Of a DNA stretch of 64,000 bases, positions 35,839 through 47,440 are shown piece by piece. Position 1 is the first letter of the stretch; each line of letters begins with the position of its first letter. The position numbers were made by a program, and so were the translations under genes. Source of the stretch: an uncultured Methanosarcinaceae archaeon (GTDB lineage Archaea; Halobacteriota; Methanosarcinia; Methanosarcinales; Methanosarcinaceae); assembly GCA_963727895.1 (NCBI GenBank), contig CAVSHT010000005.1, positions 64,001 to 128,000 on the forward strand, in the 5' to 3' direction. The notes beneath the pieces are model-generated. The model had not been told where the DNA came from. It worked only from the letters and a program-made list of their open reading frames with translations, and did not search any database.

Positions 35839-36201
35839 TCATTCAATGATCCATGCCTCTGCCTCAGAAAGTTCTTCATTCCTGTAGTTTCTCACTGGAA
35901 AAGAAACAATAAACTTAAAGATTTCAACAGCAGCATTTATCCAGTCCACATCTGAGACAACTGCAATCTTTTCAAACGCTGTAAGTTTTTGTATGCCAAC
36001 CTTAGCGTCCTCAATCATTGCATTAAGGGTAAACCACTCAAGTTCCTCATCCATGTGATAAAGTATACGAACCTTCCCGTACTTTTGTATTTTTTCCTCA
36101 ACAGCAGGAATTAACACGTTTTTTTAATCATCTCCAGTTACCTCTCCACTTACATTGACTGCTACAACGTTTTCCGGCAAACCCTGCATAATCTCTATCA
36201 T
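35839..36201 (-). pseudogene. SpoIIAA-like (STAS/SEC14) protein with an internal ochre stop
   Basis: MIEIMQGLPENVVAVNVSGEVTGDD*KNVLIPAVE; TAA at 36124-36126; strong GGAGG SD. Confidence 0.8.
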
Positions 36202-36248
36202 TTAACTCCTCCTTTAATAATCCCCTTTTAACCTTTATTTGAATTTTT

Positions 36249-36988
36249 GGCATTGGTAAACAAAAATAGATATATATGCTTATAACATATATTTCTTCAT
36301 GAACTGCCCAAAATGTAATAGTTCCAGTCACAAAAAGAATGGTATAGTTGGCGGGCGTCAACGGTACAAATGCTCTGATTGTGGATATAACTATACAGTA
36401 GAGCTAAAATCAACTGCTTTTTCCGCCTCTGTTAAAAAACAGGCTTTACAACTTTACCTTGAAGGATTGGGCTTTCGCTCAATAGGAAGAGTTTTAGGGG
36501 TGAGTCATGTTTCTGCCCAAAAATGGATAAAGAAATTTGGTCAAGAGTGAGAGAACCTAAAAAGTGAAAGTGAGATATCTATTGTTGAAATGGATGAGAT
36601 GCACACTTACATCGGTAACAAAAAAAATATTGCTGGATCTGAATTGCTGTTGATAGAGTTGGGAAAAAGTTCATCAACTGCTCTTTTGGTAGCAGAGGAA
36701 CGGAAACTGGAAAACTACTCTGGGAAAAATTGAAGAAAAAAGAGATTGGAGAAGTGATGACCGATCACTGGAGAGCATATGCAGAGTTTCTTCCTGAAAC
36801 GATTCATACTCAATCAAAAGCAGAAACGTATACTGTTGAAGGATATAACAGCATATTGAAGCACTTTTTGGCAAGGTTGAGAAGAAAGACAAAGTGTTAT
36901 ACGAAGAGTCTTGAAATGCTAAAGTACTCGGTGATTCTATTGATGAAATAAAGAAATAAAGAGTTAACTATGTTTAGTTAACAATACC
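36249..36988 (+). mobile_element. IS1-family element, copy 3 (nonsense codons at 36548 and 36640)
   Basis: IRs present; flanks GAATTTTT / GAATTTTA (7 of 8 match). Confidence 0.9.
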
Positions 36989-37108
36989 GAATTTTAGTGA
37001 AATGGTTCTCTTTGAGAACCTGAATAATAAGGCAGCAAAAATTATTTGCTCAAGATGAGAAAATAAAGCAAACAAGTTGAAAGACAATTTTTCAAGAACT
37101 GAAAGGTT

Positions 37109-37224
37109 GAGTTATCTAATTTTTTGAGTTATCTAATTTTTTGAGTTATCTAATTTTTTGAGTTATCTAATTTTTTGAGTTATCTAATTTTTTGAGTTAT
37201 CTAATTTTTTGAGTTATCTGATTT
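37109..37224. repeat. 17-bp tandem repeat GAGTTATCTAATTTTTT, six perfect copies plus a partial copy
   Basis: Head-to-tail units at 37109, 37126, 37143, 37160, 37177, 37194 and 37211; no spacers. Confidence 0.95.
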
Positions 37225-37284
37225 ACAGTTTTCAGAACTTCAGGTATGTTTCCAGAGAACCAATAAAGAATATAAGGAGAATTG

Positions 37285-38141
37285 GGTTCTGTTGCAAAAA
37301 ATCATAATAAGGATTCAATTGAATAAGGAGAAAATCAATAGAACGATAATATGCTATCTAATTCCTTTAAGTGGAAACATTACGAAGGAGAAATCATTTT
37401 ATTAAACGTCAGATGGTACCTAAAATATCCAGTAAGTTATAGAAATTTAGAGGAAATGATGGCAGAGAGGGGAGTAGAAGTTGATCACAGTACTATCATG
37501 AGATGGGTACATCAATACTCTCCTGAAATCGAAAAGAAGGTAAGAAGGCATTTAAGACCAACAAACGACTCTTGGAGAGTTGATGAAACTTACATCAGAG
37601 TTAAAGGTAAATGGAAATATTTTTACCGAGCAGTTGACTCAAATGGAGATACAATTGATTTCATGTTAAGTGCAAAACGAGATCAAAAAGCAGCAAAACG
37701 TTTCTTTAAGAAAGCTTTGAATTCTAATCATAATCAAATTCCAAGAGTAATCACAGTTGATAAAAATCCAGCTTATCCACCTGCTATAGATAAACTGAAA
37801 AATGATAAAATACTACCTATAAACGTAGGCATTCGACAAATCAAGTATTTGAATAACATTATAGAACAAGATCATAGATCCATTAAACGAATAGTTAATC
37901 CAATGTTAGGATTTCAGTCTTTTAACACAGCTATTAAGACTTTAAAAGGAATTGAAGCTATGAATATGATTAAAAAAGGACAAATCAAAAACCTAAATTA
38001 CTCTGGCTTTAATGAAGCTAAATATATTAATCAATTATTTGGAATAGTTCTATAATATTGACACATCTTTTTGAATATTTGTACTTTTGGTTATTGATTA
38101 TGGATTTACATGCTTATTCTGAGATTTTTTGCAACGGAACC
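37285..38141 (+). mobile_element. IS6-family element, copy C (transposase 37351-38055)
   Basis: Same IRs, 857 bp; no target duplication. Confidence 0.95.
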
Positions 38142-39862
38142 GATGCTTCCTACTACAAGTGGGGAAATAACAGTCAAATAACTGCAGAAAAGATATATGA
38201 AATGCCTGGACTAGGCGAAAAGCTCTACATAAAAAAAAGGCTGCAAGAACTGAATGAAATCATCATCTATGAGCTGCATGTAGGAGGGTTCACCAGATCT
38301 CCAACTTCTGGCGTTCAGGCTCCAGGTACATTTTCAGGAATTATTGAAAAAATTCCATATCTAAAAGACCTTGGGATCACTGCAGTAGAGTTAATGCCTG
38401 TTTTTGACTTTGATGACACAACAAGCGTTGATGGAATAAAGCAATACTGGGGTTATGACCCAATATGTTTTTTTGCACCTCATAGCGGCTATTGTGTGAA
38501 ACCTGAGTATGGAGAGCACATTAAAGAATTTAGGGACATGGTCAAAGCTCTGCATAAAGCTAAAATTGAAGTAATCCTTGATGTGGTTTTCAACCATAAT
38601 GCTGAAGGAAATGATCTGGGACCGGTATTTTCTTTTAAAGGCATAGATAACAGCATTTATTATCATCTCGAACCTGATAAGCAACATTACAGCAATTATT
38701 CAGGATGTGGAAACACTGTTAACTGCAACCATCCTATTTCCCAGAAGCTAATTGTTGATTGCTTGAAGTACTGGGTAGAAGAAATGCATGTTGATGGTTT
38801 CCGTTTTGATGAGGGATCTATCCTTTCGCTGGATACTGATGGGAAGGTTATGAAGTATCCTCCTGTGATATAGCAAATTGAACTTGACGATGCTCTCGGA
38901 TACATAAAAGTTATTGCTGAAGCATGGGACGCCGCTGCACTCAACCAGGTAGGATATTTTCCAGGTCCCAGATGGGCTGAATGGAACGGTTACTATCGAG
39001 ATGAGATCCGCCGTTTTGTAAGAGGAGATCCGAGACTTGTATGGAGGGTTGCAAGCCGGATTGCCGGAAGCCCTGATCTTTACCAGTCCAAATCAAGGCT
39101 TCCTATCAATAGTGTCAATTTCGTGACCTGCCATGATGGATTTACACTTAATGACCTTGTTTCTTACAACCTTAAACACAACGAAGCTAATGAGGAAAAT
39201 AACAGGGATGGAATTAATGATAATTTGAGCTGGAACTGCGGAGTTGAAGGAGAAACTGAAGACTCAGAGATAGAGATATTGAGGGAAAGGCAGATCAAAA
39301 ATTTCGCTGCAATTCTGTTATTGTCTATAGGGGTTCCGATGATTTGCATGGGAGACGAAGTCAGACGTATTCAGAAAGGCAACAACAATGCGTATTGTCA
39401 AGGACAATGAAACCAGCTGGTTTGACTGGAATTTAGTAGAGAAAAATAGTGATATGTTACGCTTCTGGAAATTGATGATTGATTTTCGGAAACGCCATAC
39501 TACCATTCTTCGCCCCAGATATTTTACAGGCAAGGAAAACGAACGTGGAATAAAAGATATTTCCTGGCATGGGTGTAAGCTTTACAGTCCAGGATGGGAT
39601 GATCCGTATGCAAGAGCCCTTTCTTTTACTATGGGAGAACCTAGAGATGAAGAAGATATACATGTTATGATGAATATGTACTGGGAACCTCTTGAGTTCG
39701 AGATTCCAGAACTTAAAGATACGGGTAGAAGCTGGTTATAGAGCAGTAGACACTTTTTTGCCTTCTCCTCAGGAAATTGTCAGAGCCGGAGAAGAAACTA
39801 AGGTTAATGAAAGCAGATACATTGTTCAGGGCAGGAGTGTAGTTGTATTGATATCAAGGTGA
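38142..39862 (+). pseudogene. glgX: Glycogen debranching enzyme (GH13 isoamylase), 5'-deleted with multiple lesions
   Basis: IIYELHV, ELMPV, YWGYDP, DVVFNH, DGFRFD, IAEAWD, CHDGFTL, GNNNAYCQ. TAG at 38871-38873 where Trp is expected; frameshifts near 39400 and 39735. Confidence 0.9.
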
Positions 39863-39873
39863 GTATCAAACAA

Positions 39874-41573
39874 TTAACGTGATTTACTATCTGTTAATTT
39901 TTTATATGCTTCAATAACATCCTGAACTGACTCAAAAATATGATCTTTACCAATCATATTAATTATACCATCTCTATCCAGCTCGTTCATCACAGGCTCT
40001 ACTACTTCGCTTAATACAAGCGTAATTCCCTTTTCTTGCAGCTGGGTATATACATTTTTTAGAGCTTCTGAAGAAGTAAAATCGATGTCTCCTATATTTG
40101 TGGCAGAAATGCAAAACCATTTAAGTGAAACATTTTTTCTGGCAAGTTCCATAATATCTTCAGTGAAACGATCTTCATTAGCAAAATAAAGGTTTGAGCC
40201 AAAACGATAGATTAACAAACCTTCAACAGCTTGCTTCCCACTTTTAAGTGGGACTGTTTTCACGGCTCCTCCTCCTTAGGAACAAGAAGCAAGTTAAGTG
40301 GTCTGTAACTATGGCGCAGATGAGCAATAATAGAAAGTGCAATGGCTATGAAAATTCCCTGTTCAACGCCTATAACTACAACCGTCATAGCTGTTATTAA
40401 AGCGACAGCAAATTCTACAGGTCTCTGTCTGTGAAGAGTGGTCATGCCTTCAATATCGATAAGATGCAAACCAATGAGGAATACCATAGAGGAAAGTACA
40501 GCTGTAGGTAAATAGGCAAATGGCTTTGTAAAGAAAAGCAGGACTATCACAACAGTGAATACCGTTGTGAGCTGAGTAAGCTGTGTCCTTCCTCCTGCAT
40601 TTTTTATCATTTCAGTTTTTGTTGGGCTGCCGTTTACAACAAAAGTCCCTGAAATCCCTGCTACTGCATTTGCAAGGCTTAGTCCGATGAGATCTTCGTT
40701 CTCATCAAAAGTATCGGAAAACTTCATCGCATAAGCTCGGGATGTTGCAGCACTCTGGGCAAGGATAATAATAAAACAGGATATAGAAATGTTAAAGATC
40801 TGAGGTATGTCTGAAAGCGGGATTTGAGGAAAGAAAAGGTGTGGAAGCCCTTCTGGGATTACGCCAAGGACGGAAATTCCATAAGAAGAAAAGTTTAATA
40901 GCCAGCTTGCAGCAATTGCACCAAAAATCGCTAATAGTGAACCTGGAAATTTCTCGCTGATCCTTTCACCAAGAACAATGACTCCGATTACAGATAATGA
41001 GACCAACAAAGTGGGAATATTTGTAAGAGATATGTTTTCTAATAAAGATATGATCTGAGCAGGTGTTCCATTGGACACTGAAGATATTCCAAGCATTCCG
41101 CTAAACTGTGATATAGAGATATAGATGCCAACACCTGTGAGAAATCCTATCAGAACCGTATGGGAAAGAAAGTCAGCTAAAAAACCAAGTTGAAGCAAAC
41201 CTCCAAGGAAAAGCAAGATTGCTACGAGTAGAGCAATCGCACTTGCATATGCAACATATTGAGAAGACGCTGGTATGGCTATTGCTGCCAGTCCGCTTGC
41301 TATAATTGCCGCAGTTGCTGAATCTGCACCAACTACAAGATGACGGGATGAACCAAAAATAGCAAAGGCTACCATTGGAAGCAGAATTGTGTATATTCCA
41401 GTAACGATAGGCATTCCTGCAATCTTTGTATACCCCATAACTTCTGGAATGGCAAATGCTGCGAATGTTATCCCTGCAGTAATTTCCAAGGGTATTTGTT
41501 TGGGGTTTATGGGTAATATTCCTTGAAAAAGGGAAAATTGAAAAGATTGTTTTAGATTTTGTGCAGGTTTCAT
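39874..41573 (-). pseudogene. SulP/SLC26 anion transporter with STAS domain separated by a frameshift
   Basis: TM part 40260-41573 (PEVMGY, GSSRHLVVG, GGRTQ); STAS part 39874-40263 (LYFAN, DIDFT) in a shifted frame. Confidence 0.8.
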
Positions 41574-41861
41574 TTGCTCTATTCTCCTAAATAATAAGAT
41601 AAATGCACTTGAGATACAAAATCAAATGTAATCGACTTTATTGTTTAAGGCTGTGTTGTTTAAACTACTATTTTGAACAGTTAAAGGTTTGATGATATTG
41701 TTTTCTCAGTTCACCAGTGTACTTAGTTCAACAGAGTAAGTCCTATTTATTTTTCACGATGCAACTTTTGAAAAACATTGGAGTTAATGAGAGTTGATGA
41801 TTCGGATTAAATGATTCGAGTCAAAGTTTATATTCGTTCAAAATGATAAAATTAAAAATTC

Positions 41862-42601
41862 GGTATTGTTAACTAAACATAGTTAACTCTTTATTTCTTT
41901 ATTTCATCAATAGAATCACCGAGTACTTTAGCATTTCAAGACTCTTCGTATAACACTTTGTCTTTCTTCTCAACCTTGCCAAAAAGTGCTTCAATATGCT
42001 GTTATATCCCTCAACTGTATACGTTTCTGCTTTTGATTGAGTATGAATCGTTTCAGGAAGAAACTCTGCATATGCTCTCCAGTGATCTGTCATCACTTCT
42101 CCAATCTCTTTTTTCTTCAATTTTTCCCAGAGTAGTTTTCCAGTTTCCGTTCCTCTGCTACCAAAAGAGCAGTTGATGAACTTTTTCCCAACTCTATCAA
42201 CAGCAATTCAGATCCAGCAATATTTTTTTTGTTACCGATGTAAGTGTGCATCTCATCCATTTCAACAATAGATATCTCACTTTCACTTTTTAGGTTCTCT
42301 CACTCTTGACCAAATTTCTTGATCCATTTTTGGGCAGAAACATGATTCACCCCTAAAACTCTTCCTATTGAGCGAAAGCCCAATCCTTCAAGGTAAAGTT
42401 GTAAAGCCTGTTTTTTAACAGAGGCGGAAAAAGCAGTTGATTTTAGCTCTACTGTATAGTTATAGCCACAATCAGAGCATTTATACCGTTGACGCCCGCC
42501 AACTATACCATTCTTTTTGTAATTAGAACTATTGCATTTTGGGCAGTTCATGAAGAAATATAGGTTCTCATAATAACTAACTATAGTTAATTATCAAAGC
42601 C
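41862..42601 (-). mobile_element. IS1-family element, copy 4 (same nonsense codons as copy 3, different left end)
   Basis: Right end GGTATTGTTAAC at 41862; left end GGCTTTGATAATT at 42601; TGA at 42300-42302 and 42208-42210. Confidence 0.9.
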
Positions 42602-43103
42602 TACTAATCAAATAAGAAAGTTAAAAATCTTACTGAATAATATAAATTACTGAACTATAAAATATATTTTAGAGCTAAGATATACACCGCAATAATAGAA
42701 AATCGATTAAAATAAATACTAGAAAAAGGGAACTTTAAGTAGCACATCTATTGGTGTGTGCCTTAAAATTCCACACATGTATGTTGTGATGGGTTTTATA
42801 AATGCCCATCCAGCATAATCTATCTAAATGGATATACATTTCAATATTTTTGACTTTTACTGTAAAGTAGCTCTATAGCGATATTACTATTTTTAAGAAA
42901 GAGAGCGCAAGGACAAGTTTTCCTATGAAATATTTGAAAACAATGATCCTCTTAAGTCTGTTTCTTTAATTATCCTCTTCATAATATCTTCATAATATAT
43001 ACATTTCAAGCTATAATTTTGAGTTGACTTTATCTATTATAACAAAATCTATAGAAGACTTAAAGTGATAAAGACCCGAATTAAAGACCCGACTTGATCA
43101 AAA

Positions 43104-44024
43104 ATGAATGATACTAGCAATCCCGAAAAACTCAGCAATCAGGAAAAAAACCTCTTTGAAACCCCAATAAAAAAAATAACAATCATCTGTTCTGCCCCTG
43201 ACCTTGCAAGCCAGAACATTAAAATCCATCTTTTAAGCCTTACAGAATGGAAAAACCTTGAGCTTCCTGAAAATTCCGGATTATTTGCGGCTAGAGAATC
43301 GCTGAACGGAAAATTCAGACTTATTGATATTGAAGAAATGCATGTATTTCAGGACGGACTTGACAGAAAACTCGAAAATGCAGGGTTGTCAGCTTCCCTT
43401 ATAATTTTTGCATCCAAACACAAGAGCAAAGACGAAATTTCGTCTCTTACTGTGCATTGCACAGGAAATCCCTCGGACGATGCAAGGCTTGGAGGTTGCC
43501 CTAAGTCCCTTGCAGTCTCTTCTCCAGCTGCTATGAAATCGATTCTTATGGAAATGAAGCGTCTGGCTGAACAAAAAGGTCTTAAATACGACGTTACTCT
43601 TGAAGTGACTCATCATGGACCTACTGAGCTTTCAGTTCCATCGCTTTATGCTGAAATAGGAAGTACTGAAATACAGTGGAAAGACCCTGAAGCAGGCGAG
43701 GTTGCTGCAAAAGCTATTCTTTCAGTTTCTCTTGAAAAAGTTCCTGTTGCTGTTGGTTTTGGAGGAGGGCATTATGCAATGCGCCAGACAGGGCTTTTGT
43801 TTGATACCGGTATCTCTTTCGGGCACAATTTTCCCAAGTACAAGCTGGAATTTGTGGATGAAGCCCTGGTAAAGCAGGCAATTGAAAAATCAAAGGCTGA
43901 TTTTGCTTATTTTGACCGGAAATCTATGAAAAGTGCAGAAAGGAATAAAATTTCCGAAATTCTTGAGAAACTGGGGCTTAGTGTTCTTAAAGAATCCGAA
44001 ATCAGGGAAAAATATGGGCATTAA
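43104..44024 (+). CDS. dtdA: Archaeal D-aminoacyl-tRNA deacylase (DTD2)
   Basis: FASKH, LTVH.TGN, LEVTHHGPT, EIGSTE, GFGGGHY. Confidence 0.92.
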   Translation: MNDTSNPEKLSNQEKNLFETPIKKITIICSAPDLASQNIKIHLLSLTEWKNLELPENSGLFAARESLNGKFRLIDIEEMHVFQDGLDRKLENAGLSASLIIFASKHKSKDEISSLTVHCTGNPSDDARLGGCPKSLAVSSPAAMKSILMEMKRLAEQKGLKYDVTLEVTHHGPTELSVPSLYAEIGSTEIQWKDPEAGEVAAKAILSVSLEKVPVAVGFGGGHYAMRQTGLLFDTGISFGHNFPKYKLEFVDEALVKQAIEKSKADFAYFDRKSMKSAERNKISEILEKLGLSVLKESEIREKYGH

Positions 44025-44113
44025 AGTTAAAAATAACACTAAAAAATCCCAATTTTTCAGAATGATTGAATAAATGTATATAAGATGTATTTACAGATAC
44101 GGAACGGGATATA

Positions 44114-44476
44114 ATGCTGAATATTGAGATACTTCCGGTCCTCCTTCGCTTTATTTTTGGTGGAAGTGCTGTTGCAGCTTCTGCAATTATTGCAAAGAAG
44201 TTTGGAGGCAGATTGGGAGGGGGTTTTGCAGCTTTTCCTGCAGTATATATGGCAGCAATTGTTGGTCTGAGTATAGATTATAAGGGTAATGAACTTCTCC
44301 AGGTTTCAGAACAGATCTCAAAAGGTGCAGTTGTGGGAATGCTGGCAGACATTTGCTGTGCTCTTGCTGCAAGTTATTTTATTCTCAGATATGGGTGGAA
44401 AAAGGGACTAGTTTACTCACTTCTTCTCTGGGTTGTACTTGCTCCAACAATCTACTTCACATGGTTCAAATTATGA
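44114..44476 (+). CDS. DUF3147-like four-TM membrane protein
   Basis: LRFIFGG..., GGFAAFPAV; hydrophobic, 120 aa. Confidence 0.75.
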   Translation: MLNIEILPVLLRFIFGGSAVAASAIIAKKFGGRLGGGFAAFPAVYMAAIVGLSIDYKGNELLQVSEQISKGAVVGMLADICCALAASYFILRYGWKKGLVYSLLLWVVLAPTIYFTWFKL

Positions 44477-44489
44477 AAAAATTTTGTCA

Positions 44490-44590
44490 GGCCTTCTTTA
44501 AGAAAAATTGTGATTACGCCGACTACATCGTTTTCGATCAAACATTTTTCCAAAAGGTTTGCACTCAAGCGTTTTTTGAAAAGGCCTATG
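44490..44590. repeat. Degenerate Methanosarcina-type intergenic multi-hairpin repeat
   Basis: CAAACATTTTTCCAAAAGGTTTG and CAAGCGTTTTTTGAAAAGGCCT palindromic units. Confidence 0.4.
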
Positions 44591-44632
44591 GATAGACTTT
44601 CTTTTAGAAAGGATGTAATAAGGAGTTTTATC

Positions 44633-45034
44633 ATGAAATTAGATTTCAAAGACCTTGCTCTCAGGTTTATCTTCGGTGGAATTGTTGTTGCTGCTTGTTA
44701 TATTATACTGCAGATTATCCCCTCAAAATCTTTTGCAGGAGTTTTTGCAGCTTTTCCGGCTGTAATGGCAGCAGCCGTTATAATGGCAGGACATTTCGAA
44801 ACCTCAGAGAAAGCTTCTGACATTGCTCTCGGAGCCAGTGCAGGGATGGTAGGATGCACTATATGTGTGCTCACTGCTGCCTTCTGTATGGATCACCTTA
44901 AAAATTGGGGTCTTTCACTTATTATTGCTCTTTTGGTCTGGTTTTTCAGCTCATATTATGTTACCAGATTGATTTACAGTTTCCTTGAAAAAAAGAAAGG
45001 ACAAATACAGCAAAAAAAGATTATTAAGGTCTAA
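44633..45034 (+). CDS. DUF3147-like four-TM membrane protein, second paralogue
   Basis: AGGAG SD then MKLDFKDLALRFIFGG...GVFAAFPAV. Confidence 0.75.
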   Translation: MKLDFKDLALRFIFGGIVVAACYIILQIIPSKSFAGVFAAFPAVMAAAVIMAGHFETSEKASDIALGASAGMVGCTICVLTAAFCMDHLKNWGLSLIIALLVWFFSSYYVTRLIYSFLEKKKGQIQQKKIIKV

Positions 45035-45133
45035 AAACCCAGAAAAAAGCTCTAAAAAGAGAAACTTTTTACAGGGAGCCGATCCCAAAACTTGATCTAA
45101 CCTCATTATTGCTGCTAATATTACAACTCCAAA

Positions 45134-45947
45134 GAGCGGTGTGCCGAAAGTTCTGTAAAATTGTATTGGCTCTGTATCCTTTTACTTTACTACCCAAAAC
45201 AGGATGCAGAGTCAATGGTCAATTTATTCTCATTCATAAAAGATCATCTTGTCGATCAGGAAGCTGGAATTCGCCAACTAATCACATGGTTTTTAAACCT
45301 TGTCATGGAGAAGGAGTCCCTCCTCTAATCTGGTGCAAGACATTACGAGAGAACTGATTCATGTAAAGCTAGTAGAAATGGTTACAAACCTAAAACTCTT
45401 TTGACCAGGTATGGAAAATTCGAATTATTAAAGCCCCAATTCCGTGAGTTTCCTTTTGAAACTAAGGTTTTTGAAAAGTATTTCAGAGTAGAGAAGAATA
45501 TTTTAACTGCAGTAAACGAATCTTATCTTCAAGGTGTTTCCACTAGAAGGGTAGAAAATATTATGACTGCTTTAGGAATTAAAGGTATTTCAGCTTCTTC
45601 TGTTTCACAAATTACTAAAGAATTATATGAAAGGGTTGAAGAGTTCCTCTCAAAGCCAATAGAAAACGAAATTCCTTATCTGTTTATTGATGCAATATAT
45701 CTCAAAGTAAGAGATGGACTTCATTACGAAAACAAAGCTCTTTTTGTAGTTGCAGGAATTCGAGATGACGGTTTACGTGAAATTCTCGGAGCAAGATTGA
45801 CAGACAGTGAAGACTCTCTTTTGGGAAGATTTATTCGAATATCTGAAAGAAAGAGAATTAAGAGGTGTTAAGTTAATCGCTTCTGATGGTCAAAAAGAAG
45901 AGGAAAGGGTATAGAGGAAATTTTACCTAAATTAAGGTACACTGCCC
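45134..45947 (+). mobile_element. IS256-family element, internally deleted and frameshifted
   Basis: IRs GAGCGGTGTGCC...GTAAAATT and reverse complement GGGCAGTGTACC...GTAAAATT; RNGY, TRYG, SYLQGVSTRRV and YLFIDA motifs. Confidence 0.8.
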
Positions 45948-47408
45948 ACTATCAATAGAAGCCGATCTAGAATACTACGAAAACCCAAAATATTACGACA
46001 CTCTTCATATAGCCCAAAATGATGCTCCTTTCAGGCCTACAAGCATAGTTAACGGCCCGTCCAGATCGGCCAAAACAGTCTGTCTCTGGTTGCTGTATTT
46101 GGGTTAATCTCATCTCTTAGCTGGGTTGTCGCTATAGCTCTCACTATTACAATTATCCCAACAGCCGTTGTTCGCCTTATATACTCAGATAAAATCTATC
46201 GCTGGCAACTTTCATGTACGGCAAAAGAGAGAAAAGCCTGGTATTTTCATTGGTTACTTACTGGTGACAGCCACGCAAAAGAAATCCGACTTTTTGAGCT
46301 TGGACCATTATTCATAAAAATATATCATAACCTCCGTAAAGAACTCAGAACTGAGCGGCTTTCCATAATATCAAAAAGATCGATAGCAGATCTAATGGCT
46401 CAAACAGTTGGTGGTGTGGCTATCTTTGGAGGTTTTGTGTTCATAGTTCAAAGAGCTTTTCAGGGCAGCATAACTCTTGGTGACCTCGTCATGTACTTTG
46501 GGGCTTTACAACAGGGTCAATCGTATCTTTCCAGTCTTTTGAGCAGTTTTGCAGGACTATACGAAGATAATCTTTTCCTAACAACTCTTTACGAATTTCT
46601 TGACCTCAAGCCTTCTGTAAAGGAATCATCAAATCCAATGCAAATACCTAGAATGAAAGAGGGAATCTCCTTTGAACACGTGGGATTCTGTTACCCTGAC
46701 CAAAAAACCAGAGTCCTTTATGACATCAACCTGCACATAAGTCCAGGTCAAGTGGTAGCATTAGTTGGAGAAAATGGGTCTGGAAAAACCACACTTATAA
46801 AACTACTCTGCAGGCTTTATGACCCTACAGACGGAAAAATTACATTTGATGGAATCGATTTATGTAACCTCAGGATATCTGATCTTCGAAAAGAGATTAG
46901 TGTCGTTTTTCAGGATTATGCACATTACAACTTAACTGCCAGGGAAAACATCTGGTTTGGTAACATAGATACATCAATTGATACAGAGGATATCCTGCAG
47001 GCAGCAGAATATTCGGGAGCAGACCGTGTTATTGACCGTCTGGATAATGGTTATGATACAATCCTGGGAAAATGGTTTGAAGACGGTACAGAGTTGAATA
47101 TTGGGGAATGGCAGAAAGTTGCCCTTGCCAGAGCTTTTTTACGTGACTCTCAGTTGATAATCATGGATGAACCTACAAGTTCCCTTGACCCCAAAGCTGA
47201 GGATGAAGTTTTCACAAAGTTCCGACAACTTGCTGCAGGCAGGACTGCTATAATAATAAGCCACAGGCTCTCAACAGTCAGGACGGTTGACTGTATCTAT
47301 TTCCTAAAGGGAGGGCGAATTGTGGAAAATGGTAATCACGATGCTTTAATGGCTCCAGATGGTGAATATGCACAACTTTTTAAGATTCAATCACAGCATT
47401 ATCAATAA
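45948..47408 (+). pseudogene. ABC exporter (TMD-NBD fusion); 5' part removed at the IS256 end, frameshift near 46060
   Basis: SIEADLEYYENPKYYDTL, AKEIRLF, GENGSGKT, LNIGEWQK, IMDEPT; the ORF 46395-47408 is the C-terminal part. Confidence 0.85.
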
Positions 47409-47440
47409 AGAAAATAGGAAAAACTACTGGAGGAACTACT

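Noticed and set aside
37109..37224. Possible CRISPR array
   Set aside because: Units are head-to-tail with no spacers, only 17 bp long, and there are no cas genes
38058..38141. N-terminus of the 271-aa ORF (MTHLFEYLYFW...)
   Set aside because: Derived from the IS6 right end, not glgX sequence
38871..38873. In-frame TAG in glgX as pyrrolysine
   Set aside because: It sits at a likely Trp (TGG>TAG) in a gene that is also 5'-deleted and doubly frameshifted
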